The notes: generated from the sequence alone by a model not told the origin. Positions 27,976 to 38,491 are shown, counted from the first letter of the stretch. The stretch is 64,000 nucleotides of DNA from Bdellovibrionales bacterium (GCA_965200875.1 OZ241456.1:192001-256000), one strand, 5' to 3'. Numbers and translations: made by a program.

Positions 27976-29298
27976 ATGCAATTCGAAGAAAAAACAAAAA
28001 AACTTGTTCAGGATTTTTTAAATCTTTTTCCGCAAAATCTTCAAGGGGAATGGAAAATCACTCCTCCTGATCCGGCCCGAAAAAAAGAATATTTATTTCT
28101 TGTAAAGGAACTTAAGACCTTAAGGGGGCGCCCCCTGCTTTACCCTTATATAGGTTCGGGACGGGGCAAAGGGGTGTATGTGGAGCTTTTAGATGGTTCT
28201 ATTAAGATGGATCTTTTAGGAGGGGTGGGGGTGCAGATTCTAGGTCATTCTCATCCGGCTTTGATGGAGCAAGTCTTTCGTTCCTCTTTTTCGAATGTGC
28301 TAACACAAGGCCATTTGCTTTTGAATCAGGAGTATTTGGCTATAAGTCGTAAGCTTTTGGCTTTGGCAGGAAAAAACTCCCGCTTGAAACATGTCTGGCT
28401 TACCACCTCAGGAAGTATGGCCGGGGAGAACGCTCTTAAGATGGTCCGGCAGAAAAAAAGCCCTCGGCGAAAAATACTGGCTTTTGATCGTGCTTTTCAC
28501 GGCAGAACCACTTTAATGTCAGTCATTACGGGAAACCCAGCGATAAAAGAAGGACTTCCCTCTTATGACGAAGTGTTGAGAGTGCCGTTTTACGATCCAG
28601 AAAATCCCGGGAATAGCCTCAAGGTTTTGAAATCCCATATAGAACGGGAAGGGGATAATATTTCAGTCTTTGTGTTTGAAATTGTTTTAGGGGAGGGAGG
28701 ATATAAATCCGCTCCGCCGGCCTTTTTTAAAGAGCTTTTTGAAGAGTGTCGCAAACACGGTATTCCACTTTGGGCGGATGAAGTGCAGACTTTTTTAAGA
28801 ACCGGCCGGTTTTTTGCTTTTGAAAAATGGGGCTTGGGGAATTACATTGATATTTGCACAGTGGGAAAGAGTCTTCAGCTTGCAGGTACTTTTTTTACCG
28901 AAGAGTATAACCCCCGGCCGGGGCTTGTTTCTGGCACAGTCAGTGCATCCACAACAGCTTTAAAAGGAGGGCTTAAGGTGTTGGAAATTTTGGAGCAAGG
29001 ATATATGGGGGAGGAAGGCAGGATTTCCCGGGTGGAAAAACAATTTAAGGATGTTTTTAAAGAGCTTAAGGAAAAACTTCTTATAAAAGACTACGATGTT
29101 TTTGGACTCATGTCCGCTTTCACTCTGAAAGAAAGCTCACGGGAAAACACGCAAAAATTTTTGCAAAAGCTTTTTCATCAGGGAGTGATAGCCCTTTCCT
29201 GTGGTAAAAACCCCTTTCGTGTTCGGTTTTTGGTTCCGGCTATTATTCAGCCGGCGGATATCATCGCATTTAGAGAAGTTCTGCTTAAAACCCTTTGA
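27976..29298 (+). CDS. Class III PLP aminotransferase (AstC/ArgD-like)
   Basis: AFHGRT, GEGG, ADEVQT, VGKS. Confidence 0.88.
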   Translation: MQFEEKTKKLVQDFLNLFPQNLQGEWKITPPDPARKKEYLFLVKELKTLRGRPLLYPYIGSGRGKGVYVELLDGSIKMDLLGGVGVQILGHSHPALMEQVFRSSFSNVLTQGHLLLNQEYLAISRKLLALAGKNSRLKHVWLTTSGSMAGENALKMVRQKKSPRRKILAFDRAFHGRTTLMSVITGNPAIKEGLPSYDEVLRVPFYDPENPGNSLKVLKSHIEREGDNISVFVFEIVLGEGGYKSAPPAFFKELFEECRKHGIPLWADEVQTFLRTGRFFAFEKWGLGNYIDICTVGKSLQLAGTFFTEEYNPRPGLVSGTVSASTTALKGGLKVLEILEQGYMGEEGRISRVEKQFKDVFKELKEKLLIKDYDVFGLMSAFTLKESSRENTQKFLQKLFHQGVIALSCGKNPFRVRFLVPAIIQPADIIAFREVLLKTL

Positions 29299-29311
29299 AT
29301 ATAAAAGAAAA

Positions 29312-30298
29312 ATGTTTATTCAGTCTGTAAGTTTAAAAGATTATTCGGCTTTGCAAAAGTTGGCTTTAAGGTATCCTCTTTTGAATCTTCCCGCAGAAAA
29401 AAATCTTTTGAGAAAAAAAATTGAACAAAGTGTAAAATCCTTTTCAGCAGTTTTGCCAAGGGAGAAAAGAAATTTTTTATTCGTGCTAAAAACAGCAGAT
29501 GGAAAACTTGTTGGAAGTTCTCAGGTTTCCTCTCAATCTGCGCGAGCTTCAGCTCCCTCTTATTCTTTGGAAGTTTCAAAGAGAGATCGGGAATCTTTTT
29601 TGCAGTTGAAGGTGATAAAAAATGGCCCTTCTTACTTGGGGGGGCTGATTTTGGCAGAGGAATATCGTGGTCATCTCTTGAAAGTCGGAAAGCAGATAAG
29701 TCTGATTCGACTTTTATTTGCCGGTATGCACCCTGAGTTTTTTAAGGATACTTTTCACGCAGAAGTGGCTCCCTTTTTGGATAAAAAAGGCAAGAACCCT
29801 TTTTTTGAAAAGTTTATTTATCCAAGGGTATGTCTTTCTATGAAAGAAATTGATTATATGACCTTGACGAAAAAACAAAAGCTTTTTGCCTCTTATCCTC
29901 GTGAAAAAATTTTATTATCCTCTTTGCCGGAGGAGGTGCAGGAATCTTTGGGAAAGCCTGGCTTTTTCAGCCAAAGAGCTTATGGGCTTTTGAAAAAACA
30001 AAATTTTTATTTTGCCGGAGAAGTGGATCCTTTTGATGGAGGTCCTTATGTTCAGGCGAAAAAAAAAGATATTCCTGTGATTCAAAACACGGAAAAAGTT
30101 TTTTTAAGCTTTTGGCCCAAAAATAAAAAACCGACTGATAAAACCCGGCGATGGCTTTGGGGAAAAATAAAAGGCGAAGGTTTTTTAGGCGGAGTGCTGA
30201 AAGGCTTTTTAAAGGAAAAAAACTTTTTTGTTTCGGAAAAGTCCGCAGACTTTTTTTCCTTGGTAGAAAAAGAGGAGATTTTTGTGTCGCCATTTTAA
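29312..30298 (+). CDS. astA: Arginine N-succinyltransferase
   Basis: LNLP, GPSYLGGLIL, GKQISLIRLLF, VDPFDGGP. Confidence 0.85.
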   Translation: MFIQSVSLKDYSALQKLALRYPLLNLPAEKNLLRKKIEQSVKSFSAVLPREKRNFLFVLKTADGKLVGSSQVSSQSARASAPSYSLEVSKRDRESFLQLKVIKNGPSYLGGLILAEEYRGHLLKVGKQISLIRLLFAGMHPEFFKDTFHAEVAPFLDKKGKNPFFEKFIYPRVCLSMKEIDYMTLTKKQKLFASYPREKILLSSLPEEVQESLGKPGFFSQRAYGLLKKQNFYFAGEVDPFDGGPYVQAKKKDIPVIQNTEKVFLSFWPKNKKPTDKTRRWLWGKIKGEGFLGGVLKGFLKEKNFFVSEKSADFFSLVEKEEIFVSPF

Positions 30299-30381
30299 GA
30301 AAGTTAAGATAAACTGAAAACCCTCTCTTCTTTCAGGCCGTGGGTAATTTTTATAAAAAGTCATCAGGAAAAGAAAAAAAT

Positions 30382-31953
30382 ATGGAAAAAATTTTATTCA
30401 GTCAAGGTTCTTATGTGGCCGGCAAGTTTTTAAAAAACCCAGGCCTTAGATCAAAAAAGCATATACTTTTCAGTCCGGCTGATTTAGAGGATAAAGTATT
30501 TGAGTTTTTTTCAGATCCTGATCATTTAGATCTGGCTTGTGTATCTGCTAAAAAAGCTTATCCGGTATGGTCCTCTTTTTCTCAGGAAAAGCGAAACTAT
30601 TACTTAAAAAACCTGGCCCGTATTTACAGGGAAAAAGCAGAGGAAATAGCAATTCTTATTTCCCGGGAAACCGGAAAGCCCCTCTGGGAAAGCCTGCTTG
30701 AAGCAAAAGCTCTTTGGCAAAAAATTGATATTACTTTAAAGGAGTCTTTACCTCTGGTGAAGGATACTTTGCTTTCCCCTTTGAGGGTGGGAACAAAAGG
30801 AAAAATCGTCTATCGATCCAAAGGAGCTTTTTTGGTATTAGGACCTTTTAATTTTCCGGTGCATCTCCCGAATGGACATATTATCCCCGCACTTGCCACC
30901 GGAAACACTGTGGTTTTTAAACCTTCGGAAAAAACTCCTGCGAGCGGGGAAAAACTAGCAGAGTGTTTTCATCTGGCGGGTTTTCCAAAAGGGGTGTTTA
31001 ATGTTGTTCAGGGAGGGGCGGACATTGCAGAAGCTTTGGTGGTCCATGAAAGCCTTGCGGGAGTTCTTTTTACGGGTTCTTATGCTGTAGGCAAAAAAAT
31101 CCAAGAAGTTCTTTTGGATCAACCTCAAAAAACTTTGGCCCTGGAAATGGGAGGAAAAAACAGTGCTCTTGTCTGGAAAGACGCCGATCTGGAAAACGCA
31201 GTTTATGAAGTGCTAAAGGGTGCGTATTTCACCTGTGGACAAAGGTGTTCAGCCACTTCCCGCCTCATCTTGCATGAGGAGATAAAAGAAAAATTTTTAA
31301 AGGAATTTATCCGACTTAGTCAAAAAATGAAGATCGGACACTGGAGAGATAATGTCTTTATGGGACCTTTGATTGACGCTAAAGCGATTTATCGGTTTGA
31401 AAAATCATATAATGAGGCTAAAAAGGAAAAAGCTTTTATTCACCTAAAGGGAGAAAAAATAAATCATCTGAATGGCTATTATGTTTCCCCCACCATAGTG
31501 GAGCCGGAAAAATATAATCCTTCTTCTTTTTATCAAAACGAAGAGTTATTCCTGCCTTTTTTGTCTGTGTATTGTGTTTCCAGCGAGGAAGAGGCTTTAG
31601 AGCTGATAAACCAGTCGGGCCTAGAACCAGTAAAGTCAGGAGGTTTCCTTGATAAGCGCGGGGAAAAGAACCAGCCTTTGAATCAAAATACCTACGGGCT
31701 TTGTCTTTCTCTTTTTTCTCAGGAGGAGAAGTTTATGAAAAAAATTATCACGCACGCGCGGGTGGGGGTTTTTCATTGGAACTTGAGCACCTGTTCTGCA
31801 AGCTCAAATCTTCCTTTCGGGGGACTTGGAAAATCTGGAAATGATCATCCCGCAGGGCTTTTTGCGGTTTATTCCTGTATGACCCCGGTGGCTTTTTTGC
31901 AAAAAGATTTTTTGCAAAAGGCTATAGACCCGCTAAAGGATTTTTTTGACTGA
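30382..31953 (+). CDS. astD: Succinylglutamate-semialdehyde dehydrogenase-like ALDH
   Basis: GPFNFPVHLPNGHIIPAL, FKPSE, LEMGGKN, GQRCS, PFGGLGKSGN. Confidence 0.85.
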   Translation: MEKILFSQGSYVAGKFLKNPGLRSKKHILFSPADLEDKVFEFFSDPDHLDLACVSAKKAYPVWSSFSQEKRNYYLKNLARIYREKAEEIAILISRETGKPLWESLLEAKALWQKIDITLKESLPLVKDTLLSPLRVGTKGKIVYRSKGAFLVLGPFNFPVHLPNGHIIPALATGNTVVFKPSEKTPASGEKLAECFHLAGFPKGVFNVVQGGADIAEALVVHESLAGVLFTGSYAVGKKIQEVLLDQPQKTLALEMGGKNSALVWKDADLENAVYEVLKGAYFTCGQRCSATSRLILHEEIKEKFLKEFIRLSQKMKIGHWRDNVFMGPLIDAKAIYRFEKSYNEAKKEKAFIHLKGEKINHLNGYYVSPTIVEPEKYNPSSFYQNEELFLPFLSVYCVSSEEEALELINQSGLEPVKSGGFLDKRGEKNQPLNQNTYGLCLSLFSQEEKFMKKIITHARVGVFHWNLSTCSASSNLPFGGLGKSGNDHPAGLFAVYSCMTPVAFLQKDFLQKAIDPLKDFFD

Positions 31954-32047
31954 AGCCGAAAGGACGAAAAATCCTTTGATGTTTAAGGGGATATGTCAGA
32001 TAATTTCTTACAGCTTAAAAAAAAGCTTATGGAGCCAAGGGTTTTTT

Positions 32048-33178
32048 ATGAAACTTATGATTTTATGGATATTGGTTTTTTTGCTGTCTTTAAACTCGTC
32101 GCCACCTCAGGATGTGATTTCAGAGGTTTCAAACCCGCTGACTTTACATTTGTTTTTAAGGGGTATGGTAAATGCAGAGGTTTCTTCACCCCCCCCTCTC
32201 CCCCCGGAAGAAAAGAAAAATTTAAAAGCTAACCTCTCCTCGCTTTCAGAAGAAGAGATCACTTTGCATATCAGGAAAGGAATGTCTCTTGATGAGGTGG
32301 CAAGGCTTTTAAAGGCAAAAGGACTTTTGCGAAGTGTTTTTTATTTTAAAATGTGGGCCTCCCTAAAGGGAGCTAGCAAAAAGATAAAATCCGGAGAATA
32401 TGTTTTTAAAAAAAATGTTTCTTCCCGGGAGATATTGGCCACTCTTGTGGAAGGCCGGGTTAAGCTTTACCCAATTACTTTTCCGGAAGGGTATAACATA
32501 TATGAGATGGCTTTGGCTTTAGAGAAAAAAGGTTTTTTGAAGAAAAAAGATTTTCTTTCCCTCTCTCAGAATCCGGAGTTTGTTTATGAGTTGTTAAAAG
32601 AAAAAAGACCTTCCCTAGAAGGTTATCTTTTTCCTGACACTTACCATATTCCACGGCCTTTGGATCCGAAAAAACTCCTTTACAAAATGACCAAAAAATT
32701 TTTTACCGTTTATGGCGAAGTTAGCCGGAAAACTGTAAAAACTCCTGGAACCAGAGGAATTAAGCTTACCCGGCATGAGGCTTTGATTTTAGCCTCTATT
32801 GTGGAAAAGGAAACCGGTGCCACTCAGGAGCGAGAAAAAATTGCTTCGGTTTTTTATAATCGTTTAAAAAAAGGAATGCGTCTAGAAAGCGATCCCACTA
32901 TTTTATACGGGATGATGTGGGAGAGAGGAGGACTTATCCCTCTTAATATTCGAAAAAAAGATATTTTACGAAAAACCCCTTACAATACTTATCGCATATC
33001 AGGTTTTCCCGCAGGGCCTATTGGCAATCCGGGCGAAGGTGCTCTGAGAGCGGTTTTTGAACCGGAAAACTCCCCCTTTTTTTATTTCGTGAGCCGAAAT
33101 GACGGCACTCATGTTTTTTCTAAAACCTATCAGGAACATGAAAGAGCTGTGGATCGCTTCCAACGAAGGACTAAATGA
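32048..33178 (+). CDS. mltG: Endolytic transglycosylase MltG
   Basis: LEGYLFPDTY, LASIVEKET, DPTILYG, PYNTY; start uncertain (31946-32048). Confidence 0.93.
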   Translation: MKLMILWILVFLLSLNSSPPQDVISEVSNPLTLHLFLRGMVNAEVSSPPPLPPEEKKNLKANLSSLSEEEITLHIRKGMSLDEVARLLKAKGLLRSVFYFKMWASLKGASKKIKSGEYVFKKNVSSREILATLVEGRVKLYPITFPEGYNIYEMALALEKKGFLKKKDFLSLSQNPEFVYELLKEKRPSLEGYLFPDTYHIPRPLDPKKLLYKMTKKFFTVYGEVSRKTVKTPGTRGIKLTRHEALILASIVEKETGATQEREKIASVFYNRLKKGMRLESDPTILYGMMWERGGLIPLNIRKKDILRKTPYNTYRISGFPAGPIGNPGEGALRAVFEPENSPFFYFVSRNDGTHVFSKTYQEHERAVDRFQRRTK

Positions 33179-33181
33179 TTA

Positions 33182-35299
33182 CTAGTACCAATCCCTATCT
33201 GTCAAATGATCCTCGATTTTGTTGTCAAGCCCTCTAAAACCTTTTATAAATTCGGCAGAAATCAATTTCACAGAATAGCCAACTCGTCCGCCGTAAATAC
33301 AGCCATTAGCAATCTTCCCTTTTGTTGTTCCGTCCAATATATTAAAAAAATCATGTCCCCACTTGTCACAATGCCCGAATTTGGTGTTGTCGATATTGTT
33401 ATAAAACTCCCCGGCTTGATATTTGTTTGTCGGGGGATTCCAGCCGGTGAGTAGTTGATCAAGGTTTCCTATTTTATACCAAGGTTTTGGAACAGGTGGC
33501 GGGGGTACATGAGAACGGATCTGGATCCATGGGGGCTGGATGTGAGTAGATACTCCGGTCTGCTCTAAAATGCCACTTCTGTAAAAATTGTTATTGGTGT
33601 CTCTGAATGTGCCCAGATCCCCTCTTAAACTGTTGGCCGTTTCCCCACCGGCTTCTTCAAAAAGATTTTTGATTTTTGGAAAGTGGGTTTGCATGTAATA
33701 GGGTAAAATAGTGAAATAAGTCACATCGAAAATATCTGGAGATATCGCCACTAGCTCCCATTTTCGGGCTAAAATCCCTAAGCCAGGGGGTATTAGACCT
33801 CTAGCCAAAGGGTCTCTATCATCATGATAATTGTCTTTTGAGTAAAATAAGATATTTTTTTCATTTCTGTTAGTGCTTTTTATATGATTAGCCCAGTAGT
33901 AATGTACATAAGGTGATCTCAAACCATATTCGTCTCCTGGATAGCGGGAATAATTGGGAGTGAATTTTTTGTCAAGTTCCATAAGATTTCCACTGGGTGA
34001 TTGGCCACCATTCTTGGGTTTTGGCAGTCGAGGATCTGCTTTTTTTGGTTGCATTGGGCCTATGGTGCCTCCAAAGGGTTTGGCAAAAGCTTTGGCTTTT
34101 AGGTTCACTTTATCCGCTCCAAAGGAGGGTAAAAAGATTTGATTTTTATATTTCAAATCAGCTTTTACAGTGTAGAAAATCATAAAGTTTTTGTTTTTAT
34201 AGAGACCGGCAGAGGGTGCACAGAAGAAATCATTTTTACAATCAGGCCAGGGATTTTTATTTGTGTTAAGTATCTGTGTAAGCTGGAGGATATCGTGGTT
34301 TGAAGCTGCTGCTGGCCCATTTCGCAAATAATCTAAATTTTTTTGGCAGTTTGTTTTTGATCCCTTGAAGTTGCCGAAAAGTCCCAGATGATATAAGGGT
34401 ATGTCCTTCAACCACTCTTTAGGGTTCTTTCCTTTTAGGGAGTTAAATTGCTTAAAAGACTTTTTTGGTTCCTCTTCAAAAGCTTTTCTGTTTATAAAAG
34501 TTAAGTTTTTTTTAAAAGTTTTTAAGACTCCCTTCTCTATAGATTTTCCGTCAAGATCTGTGCCATATAGATGATCAGGACGACCGGACATAGTTTCTGC
34601 AAGATGATATATCATCTTTTTTCTGGCACTTTGGTCCATATGAAAATGCCTAAAGGTCCAAGCTCCAAGTAGCCAGGAATTATAGCCATAAATGTCACAA
34701 TGTTCCTTAAGTTGCTCTTGAATTTTAAGCCCGGTGGCTCTTATCTTGTTTAAGGCACTGGAGAGACTTCCTAAAGTTCCGCTGAGTGTGGGCACGCTGG
34801 GTGCCTTGATATCCTGTAACATTTTATGGCAGAGCATATCTTTGGTTTTTTCTAGTTTGACAGTGCTGACGGTGCCTCCTGTTTTTTGTATAGGATCTCC
34901 CCAGTCCTTATGACCCACGCAGAAAAAATAAGGCCCCGGGACTGTTGTTGGATGAAAAGCGGGAAGAGAGTGTTCTCGATTTTCGACCGGGAGCGCGGGT
35001 TTCCAAATTGGAACATTGGTCAGACCTATATTCCCCAGCACCCGATATCTCCAGGTCATAAGTTTCCAAGACTGGCGGATTTGGTAGTTTATATGAGCAA
35101 TGGCGTTTAGCATTTCTGCCTGTTTCATAGCACCGTAGTAGGCGGCGATATCGACAGAATTTTGAAGATTGATTTTATCATGCACCACTAAAGTGATATT
35201 TAAGGACATGGCAAACAGAGTAAACAACACAGGAAAAAGCAGAATAATAAAAATGGCCAACTGCCCTGTATTTTTACGGCTGTTTTTTTGATTTTTCAT
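33182..35299 (-). CDS. Large TadG-like pilus-associated protein
   Basis: TG|QLAIFIILL...KINLQNSVDIAAYYGA Tad N-terminal domain. Confidence 0.8.
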   Translation of the reverse strand: MKNQKNSRKNTGQLAIFIILLFPVLFTLFAMSLNITLVVHDKINLQNSVDIAAYYGAMKQAEMLNAIAHINYQIRQSWKLMTWRYRVLGNIGLTNVPIWKPALPVENREHSLPAFHPTTVPGPYFFCVGHKDWGDPIQKTGGTVSTVKLEKTKDMLCHKMLQDIKAPSVPTLSGTLGSLSSALNKIRATGLKIQEQLKEHCDIYGYNSWLLGAWTFRHFHMDQSARKKMIYHLAETMSGRPDHLYGTDLDGKSIEKGVLKTFKKNLTFINRKAFEEEPKKSFKQFNSLKGKNPKEWLKDIPLYHLGLFGNFKGSKTNCQKNLDYLRNGPAAASNHDILQLTQILNTNKNPWPDCKNDFFCAPSAGLYKNKNFMIFYTVKADLKYKNQIFLPSFGADKVNLKAKAFAKPFGGTIGPMQPKKADPRLPKPKNGGQSPSGNLMELDKKFTPNYSRYPGDEYGLRSPYVHYYWANHIKSTNRNEKNILFYSKDNYHDDRDPLARGLIPPGLGILARKWELVAISPDIFDVTYFTILPYYMQTHFPKIKNLFEEAGGETANSLRGDLGTFRDTNNNFYRSGILEQTGVSTHIQPPWIQIRSHVPPPPVPKPWYKIGNLDQLLTGWNPPTNKYQAGEFYNNIDNTKFGHCDKWGHDFFNILDGTTKGKIANGCIYGGRVGYSVKLISAEFIKGFRGLDNKIEDHLTDRDWY

Positions 35300-35459
35300 A
35301 AAGTTAATTTTGGGGAAAAACCCGAAAAAAGTCAAAAAAAACCTCTGGTTGTCTGGAACAAGGATCTTGTGTTTTTTTGCAAATATGAAAAACTTCAGAG
35401 AAAAAGCCCCGCATTACAGGGTTTGAAAATTTTTCTTTTTGCTGATAGAAAAAAGCAAT

Positions 35460-36374
35460 ATGCGTGCTCTCACCCGAAGGTTTTTTTTAAGCCTTTTGGC
35501 TTTATTTACAGTTTTAAGTTTCAGTTTTTTTCTGATTCATCTTGTACCAGGGGATCCGGTGGATCTGATTTTAGGAGATCAGGCTTCGGCTTTGGACCGG
35601 GCAAAATTAAAGAAAAATTTGGGTCTGGATCAAAGTTTGTGGAGTCAATATATTCAGTTTTTGGGAAATCTTTTAAAAGGGGATCTGTCTTTTTCTTTAC
35701 ATTCCGGGGAGCCTGTTTCCCGAAAATTGTTTTTAGCTCTTCCCGCTACTTTTCAGCTGGCGTTTTTTGCTCTTCTTTTGTCTGCTCTGTGGGGGATTCC
35801 AGCCGGACTTTTCTCCGCTCTTAAAAAAGGCGTTTTAGAAAAAGCTCTTTCTTTTGTTGCGGTTTTGGCTATGTCTTTGCCGGTGTTTGTTTTGGCACCA
35901 GTTTTAATTTGGTTTTTCGCGCTTAAGCTTTCCTGGCTCCCTGTCAGTGAAAGAGGAGTTGGGTTTAAACACTTTATTTTACCAGCTTTGAGTTTGGCTT
36001 TGCCCTTGGGAGCGGTTTTACTTAAGATGAGTCGGTCAGCCTTGTTGGAGGCTCTGGAAAAAGATTATATTCGAACGGCCCGCGCAAAAGGGCTTTCTTT
36101 TTTTCGTGTGGGCTTGACACATGGTTTTAGAAACGCTCTTGTTCCTGTTGTAACAATTTTGGGACTTCAAAGTGGAGCACTCCTGACCGGCACAGTCATA
36201 GTGGAAAGTATTTTTGACTGGCCCGGACTTGGGCTTTTATTGCTGGAGGCTATTCAGAGAAGAGATTATCCTGTTTTTCAGGGAGCAGTTTTGTTGATTG
36301 CCGTAATCCATGTGCTGGTAAACCTGATTGTGGATATAATTTATATATTAATTCACCCTAAAATGACTTTTTAA
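35460..36374 (+). CDS. Peptide ABC transporter permease (DppB/OppB family)
   Basis: PGDPV, DYIRTARAKGL, RNALVPVVT, FDWPGLG. Confidence 0.92.
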   Translation: MRALTRRFFLSLLALFTVLSFSFFLIHLVPGDPVDLILGDQASALDRAKLKKNLGLDQSLWSQYIQFLGNLLKGDLSFSLHSGEPVSRKLFLALPATFQLAFFALLLSALWGIPAGLFSALKKGVLEKALSFVAVLAMSLPVFVLAPVLIWFFALKLSWLPVSERGVGFKHFILPALSLALPLGAVLLKMSRSALLEALEKDYIRTARAKGLSFFRVGLTHGFRNALVPVVTILGLQSGALLTGTVIVESIFDWPGLGLLLLEAIQRRDYPVFQGAVLLIAVIHVLVNLIVDIIYILIHPKMTF

Positions 36375-36419
36375 TCAAGTCACTGGTTTGGCATAAGTTA
36401 AAAGCTTTCTTAAGTATAT

Positions 36420-37229
36420 ATGAAAAAAATAAATGTAAAAATTATAATAGGATTAAGTGGGCTTTTTATTATTATTATTTGCGCTTTGCTGGCTCCCTGG
36501 ATTCGTCCCTATAGTTCTTTGGATATGGAGCTTGGGCATTTGTTGGAACCTCCAAGTTTTGCTCATCCCTTTGGCCGGGATGAAAACGGCGTGGATCTTT
36601 TGTCCCAGGTGTTGTATGGTGCCAGGGTTTCTCTCACAGTGGCTTTCGTGGTGGTTTTTTTAAGCCTTCTTACAGGTCTTGTGATTGGCTCCCTCTCTGC
36701 TTGGTTTGGTTCTTTGGTGGATCAGCTGTTAATGCGACTGGTGGATATGGTGTCGGCTTTTCCTCGTTTTTTGTTAGCCTTGTCTGTTTTGGCCATGCTG
36801 GGGTCCAGTTTGTTTAATTTGATTTTAGCGATGTGTCTTTCCGGTTGGGCCGGCTTTGCTCGTCTCATTCGTGCCGAGATTTTGCATTTAAAAAAGGAGG
36901 AATATGTTTTAAGTGCTTTATCTTCGGGCGCAAGCTTCATCAGAGTTTTGATTTTTCATATTTGGCCTAATTTGCTGGGGCTTTTATTGGTTCAGTCTGC
37001 CTTTTCCCTAGTGGCGGTGGTGATAGCTGAAGCCGGGTTGGGTTTTTTGGGCTTAGGCGTGCCTCCAGAAACCCCGAGCTGGGGAAGACTGCTCAGTTCA
37101 GGAAGGCAGGTCCTAGAATCAGCCCCTCATTTAAGTGTTTTTCCCGGCCTTGCCTTGTTTTTTTTGATTTTGAATTTTCAGCTCTTAGGAGATGGTCTTA
37201 GAGATTTTTTTTCCGCAAAAATCTCTTAG
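36420..37229 (+). CDS. Peptide ABC transporter permease (DppC/OppC family)
   Basis: HPFGRDENGVD, GARVSL, PSWG, LGDGLRD. Confidence 0.92.
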   Translation: MKKINVKIIIGLSGLFIIIICALLAPWIRPYSSLDMELGHLLEPPSFAHPFGRDENGVDLLSQVLYGARVSLTVAFVVVFLSLLTGLVIGSLSAWFGSLVDQLLMRLVDMVSAFPRFLLALSVLAMLGSSLFNLILAMCLSGWAGFARLIRAEILHLKKEEYVLSALSSGASFIRVLIFHIWPNLLGLLLVQSAFSLVAVVIAEAGLGFLGLGVPPETPSWGRLLSSGRQVLESAPHLSVFPGLALFFLILNFQLLGDGLRDFFSAKIS

Positions 37230-37248
37230 GAAAATTAGGGGAAAGCAA

Positions 37249-38361
37249 ATGAAATGGGGATCTTTGATTTGGATGGGTATAAAAGGAAAAAGCCTTTCCA
37301 ATCAGGAAAAAAAAGATATTCAGCAGGAGGAAGTTTCAGGTCTTGTTCTTTTCAAAAGAAATATTGAGTCTTTGCCTGAGCTTTTTGAATTATGTAAGGA
37401 GATTCAAAGTTTAAAACCGGCTCCTCTTATTATGATGGATCGTGAGGGGGGATCTGTGGATCGTCTGCGACATCTTTCGGAATATCCTTCCTGGCCTAAG
37501 CCGGCAGATCTTGTACGAGTTTGTTCTCTGAGGGAAATTGAGCAAAGCTCTTTTTATCAGGCCCTAGAAATAAAAGCCTTGGGAATTTGCGCAAACTTTG
37601 CTCCCGCTTTGGATCTGCCTTCTGTTTTTAATCCGCTGTTTAAGGGTCGACTTTTAGGAAAAACCCCTCAACAAATTGCTGAAAGAGCGATCGCTTATAT
37701 GAGAGGTCTTAAAAGAGCCGGTCTTGCCACTTCGGCAAAGCACTTTCCAGGACATGGGGGTGTAAGAGAGGACTCTCATTTCTCGCTACCAGTGGATCAA
37801 AGGAAACTTAAGAATTTAAGGGCTTTCGATCTCTTTCCTTTTCAAAAGGCCATAGACTTTAATGTGGAAATCATGATGACAGCTCATGTTCTTTATTCCA
37901 AAGTGGATTCTTTCCCGGCGACTTTATCAGAGTTTTTTTTAAAAAAAATTTTAAGAGAGGAGATGAAGTTTAACAATCTGATTGTGTCAGATGATCTGGA
38001 TATGGGAGCTTTGCGGGGTAAAGATCATCCTCCAGCGGAAGTGATGGCAAAGGCTCTTTTTGCCGGAGTAGATGTTTTACTGAAGTGTGAGCCTTCTGAA
38101 AATTTTAAGGAACTTTTAGAGGAGGCTGAAGAGGTATTAAGTCTTAAGGCCAGGGATTTTTTTAAAAAGTCCGGGCTTAAAAAAAACTGGAATATTTTGA
38201 TAAAGGAAAAACTTTTTCGGATAAAACAGTTTAAGCAAAAATATGGTCATATAAAGCCTCTTTCCTCTTTTGAGAATTTGATAAAATCCGCCGGAGATCC
38301 AAAAGTGCATCGCTGGTGTGAAGAACTTCAGAGAAGAATCAAAGGAATGGAAAACCTTTAG
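37249..38361 (+). CDS. nagZ: Beta-N-acetylhexosaminidase, GH3
   Basis: DREGGSVDRL, KHFPGHG..EDSH, MTAHV, SDDLDMGA. Confidence 0.92.
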   Translation: MKWGSLIWMGIKGKSLSNQEKKDIQQEEVSGLVLFKRNIESLPELFELCKEIQSLKPAPLIMMDREGGSVDRLRHLSEYPSWPKPADLVRVCSLREIEQSSFYQALEIKALGICANFAPALDLPSVFNPLFKGRLLGKTPQQIAERAIAYMRGLKRAGLATSAKHFPGHGGVREDSHFSLPVDQRKLKNLRAFDLFPFQKAIDFNVEIMMTAHVLYSKVDSFPATLSEFFLKKILREEMKFNNLIVSDDLDMGALRGKDHPPAEVMAKALFAGVDVLLKCEPSENFKELLEEAEEVLSLKARDFFKKSGLKKNWNILIKEKLFRIKQFKQKYGHIKPLSSFENLIKSAGDPKVHRWCEELQRRIKGMENL

Positions 38362-38491
38362 TGCTGTAAAATTCAGGAAAAATAAGAAGAAGGCTTGAAA
38401 ATTATTTTGAACAAGCCAGATCAATCTTCCGAAAAGAAAGTTTGAGGGTTTTGATTTTTTGGAAAATCCAGACTTTATAAGGAATAAATTT

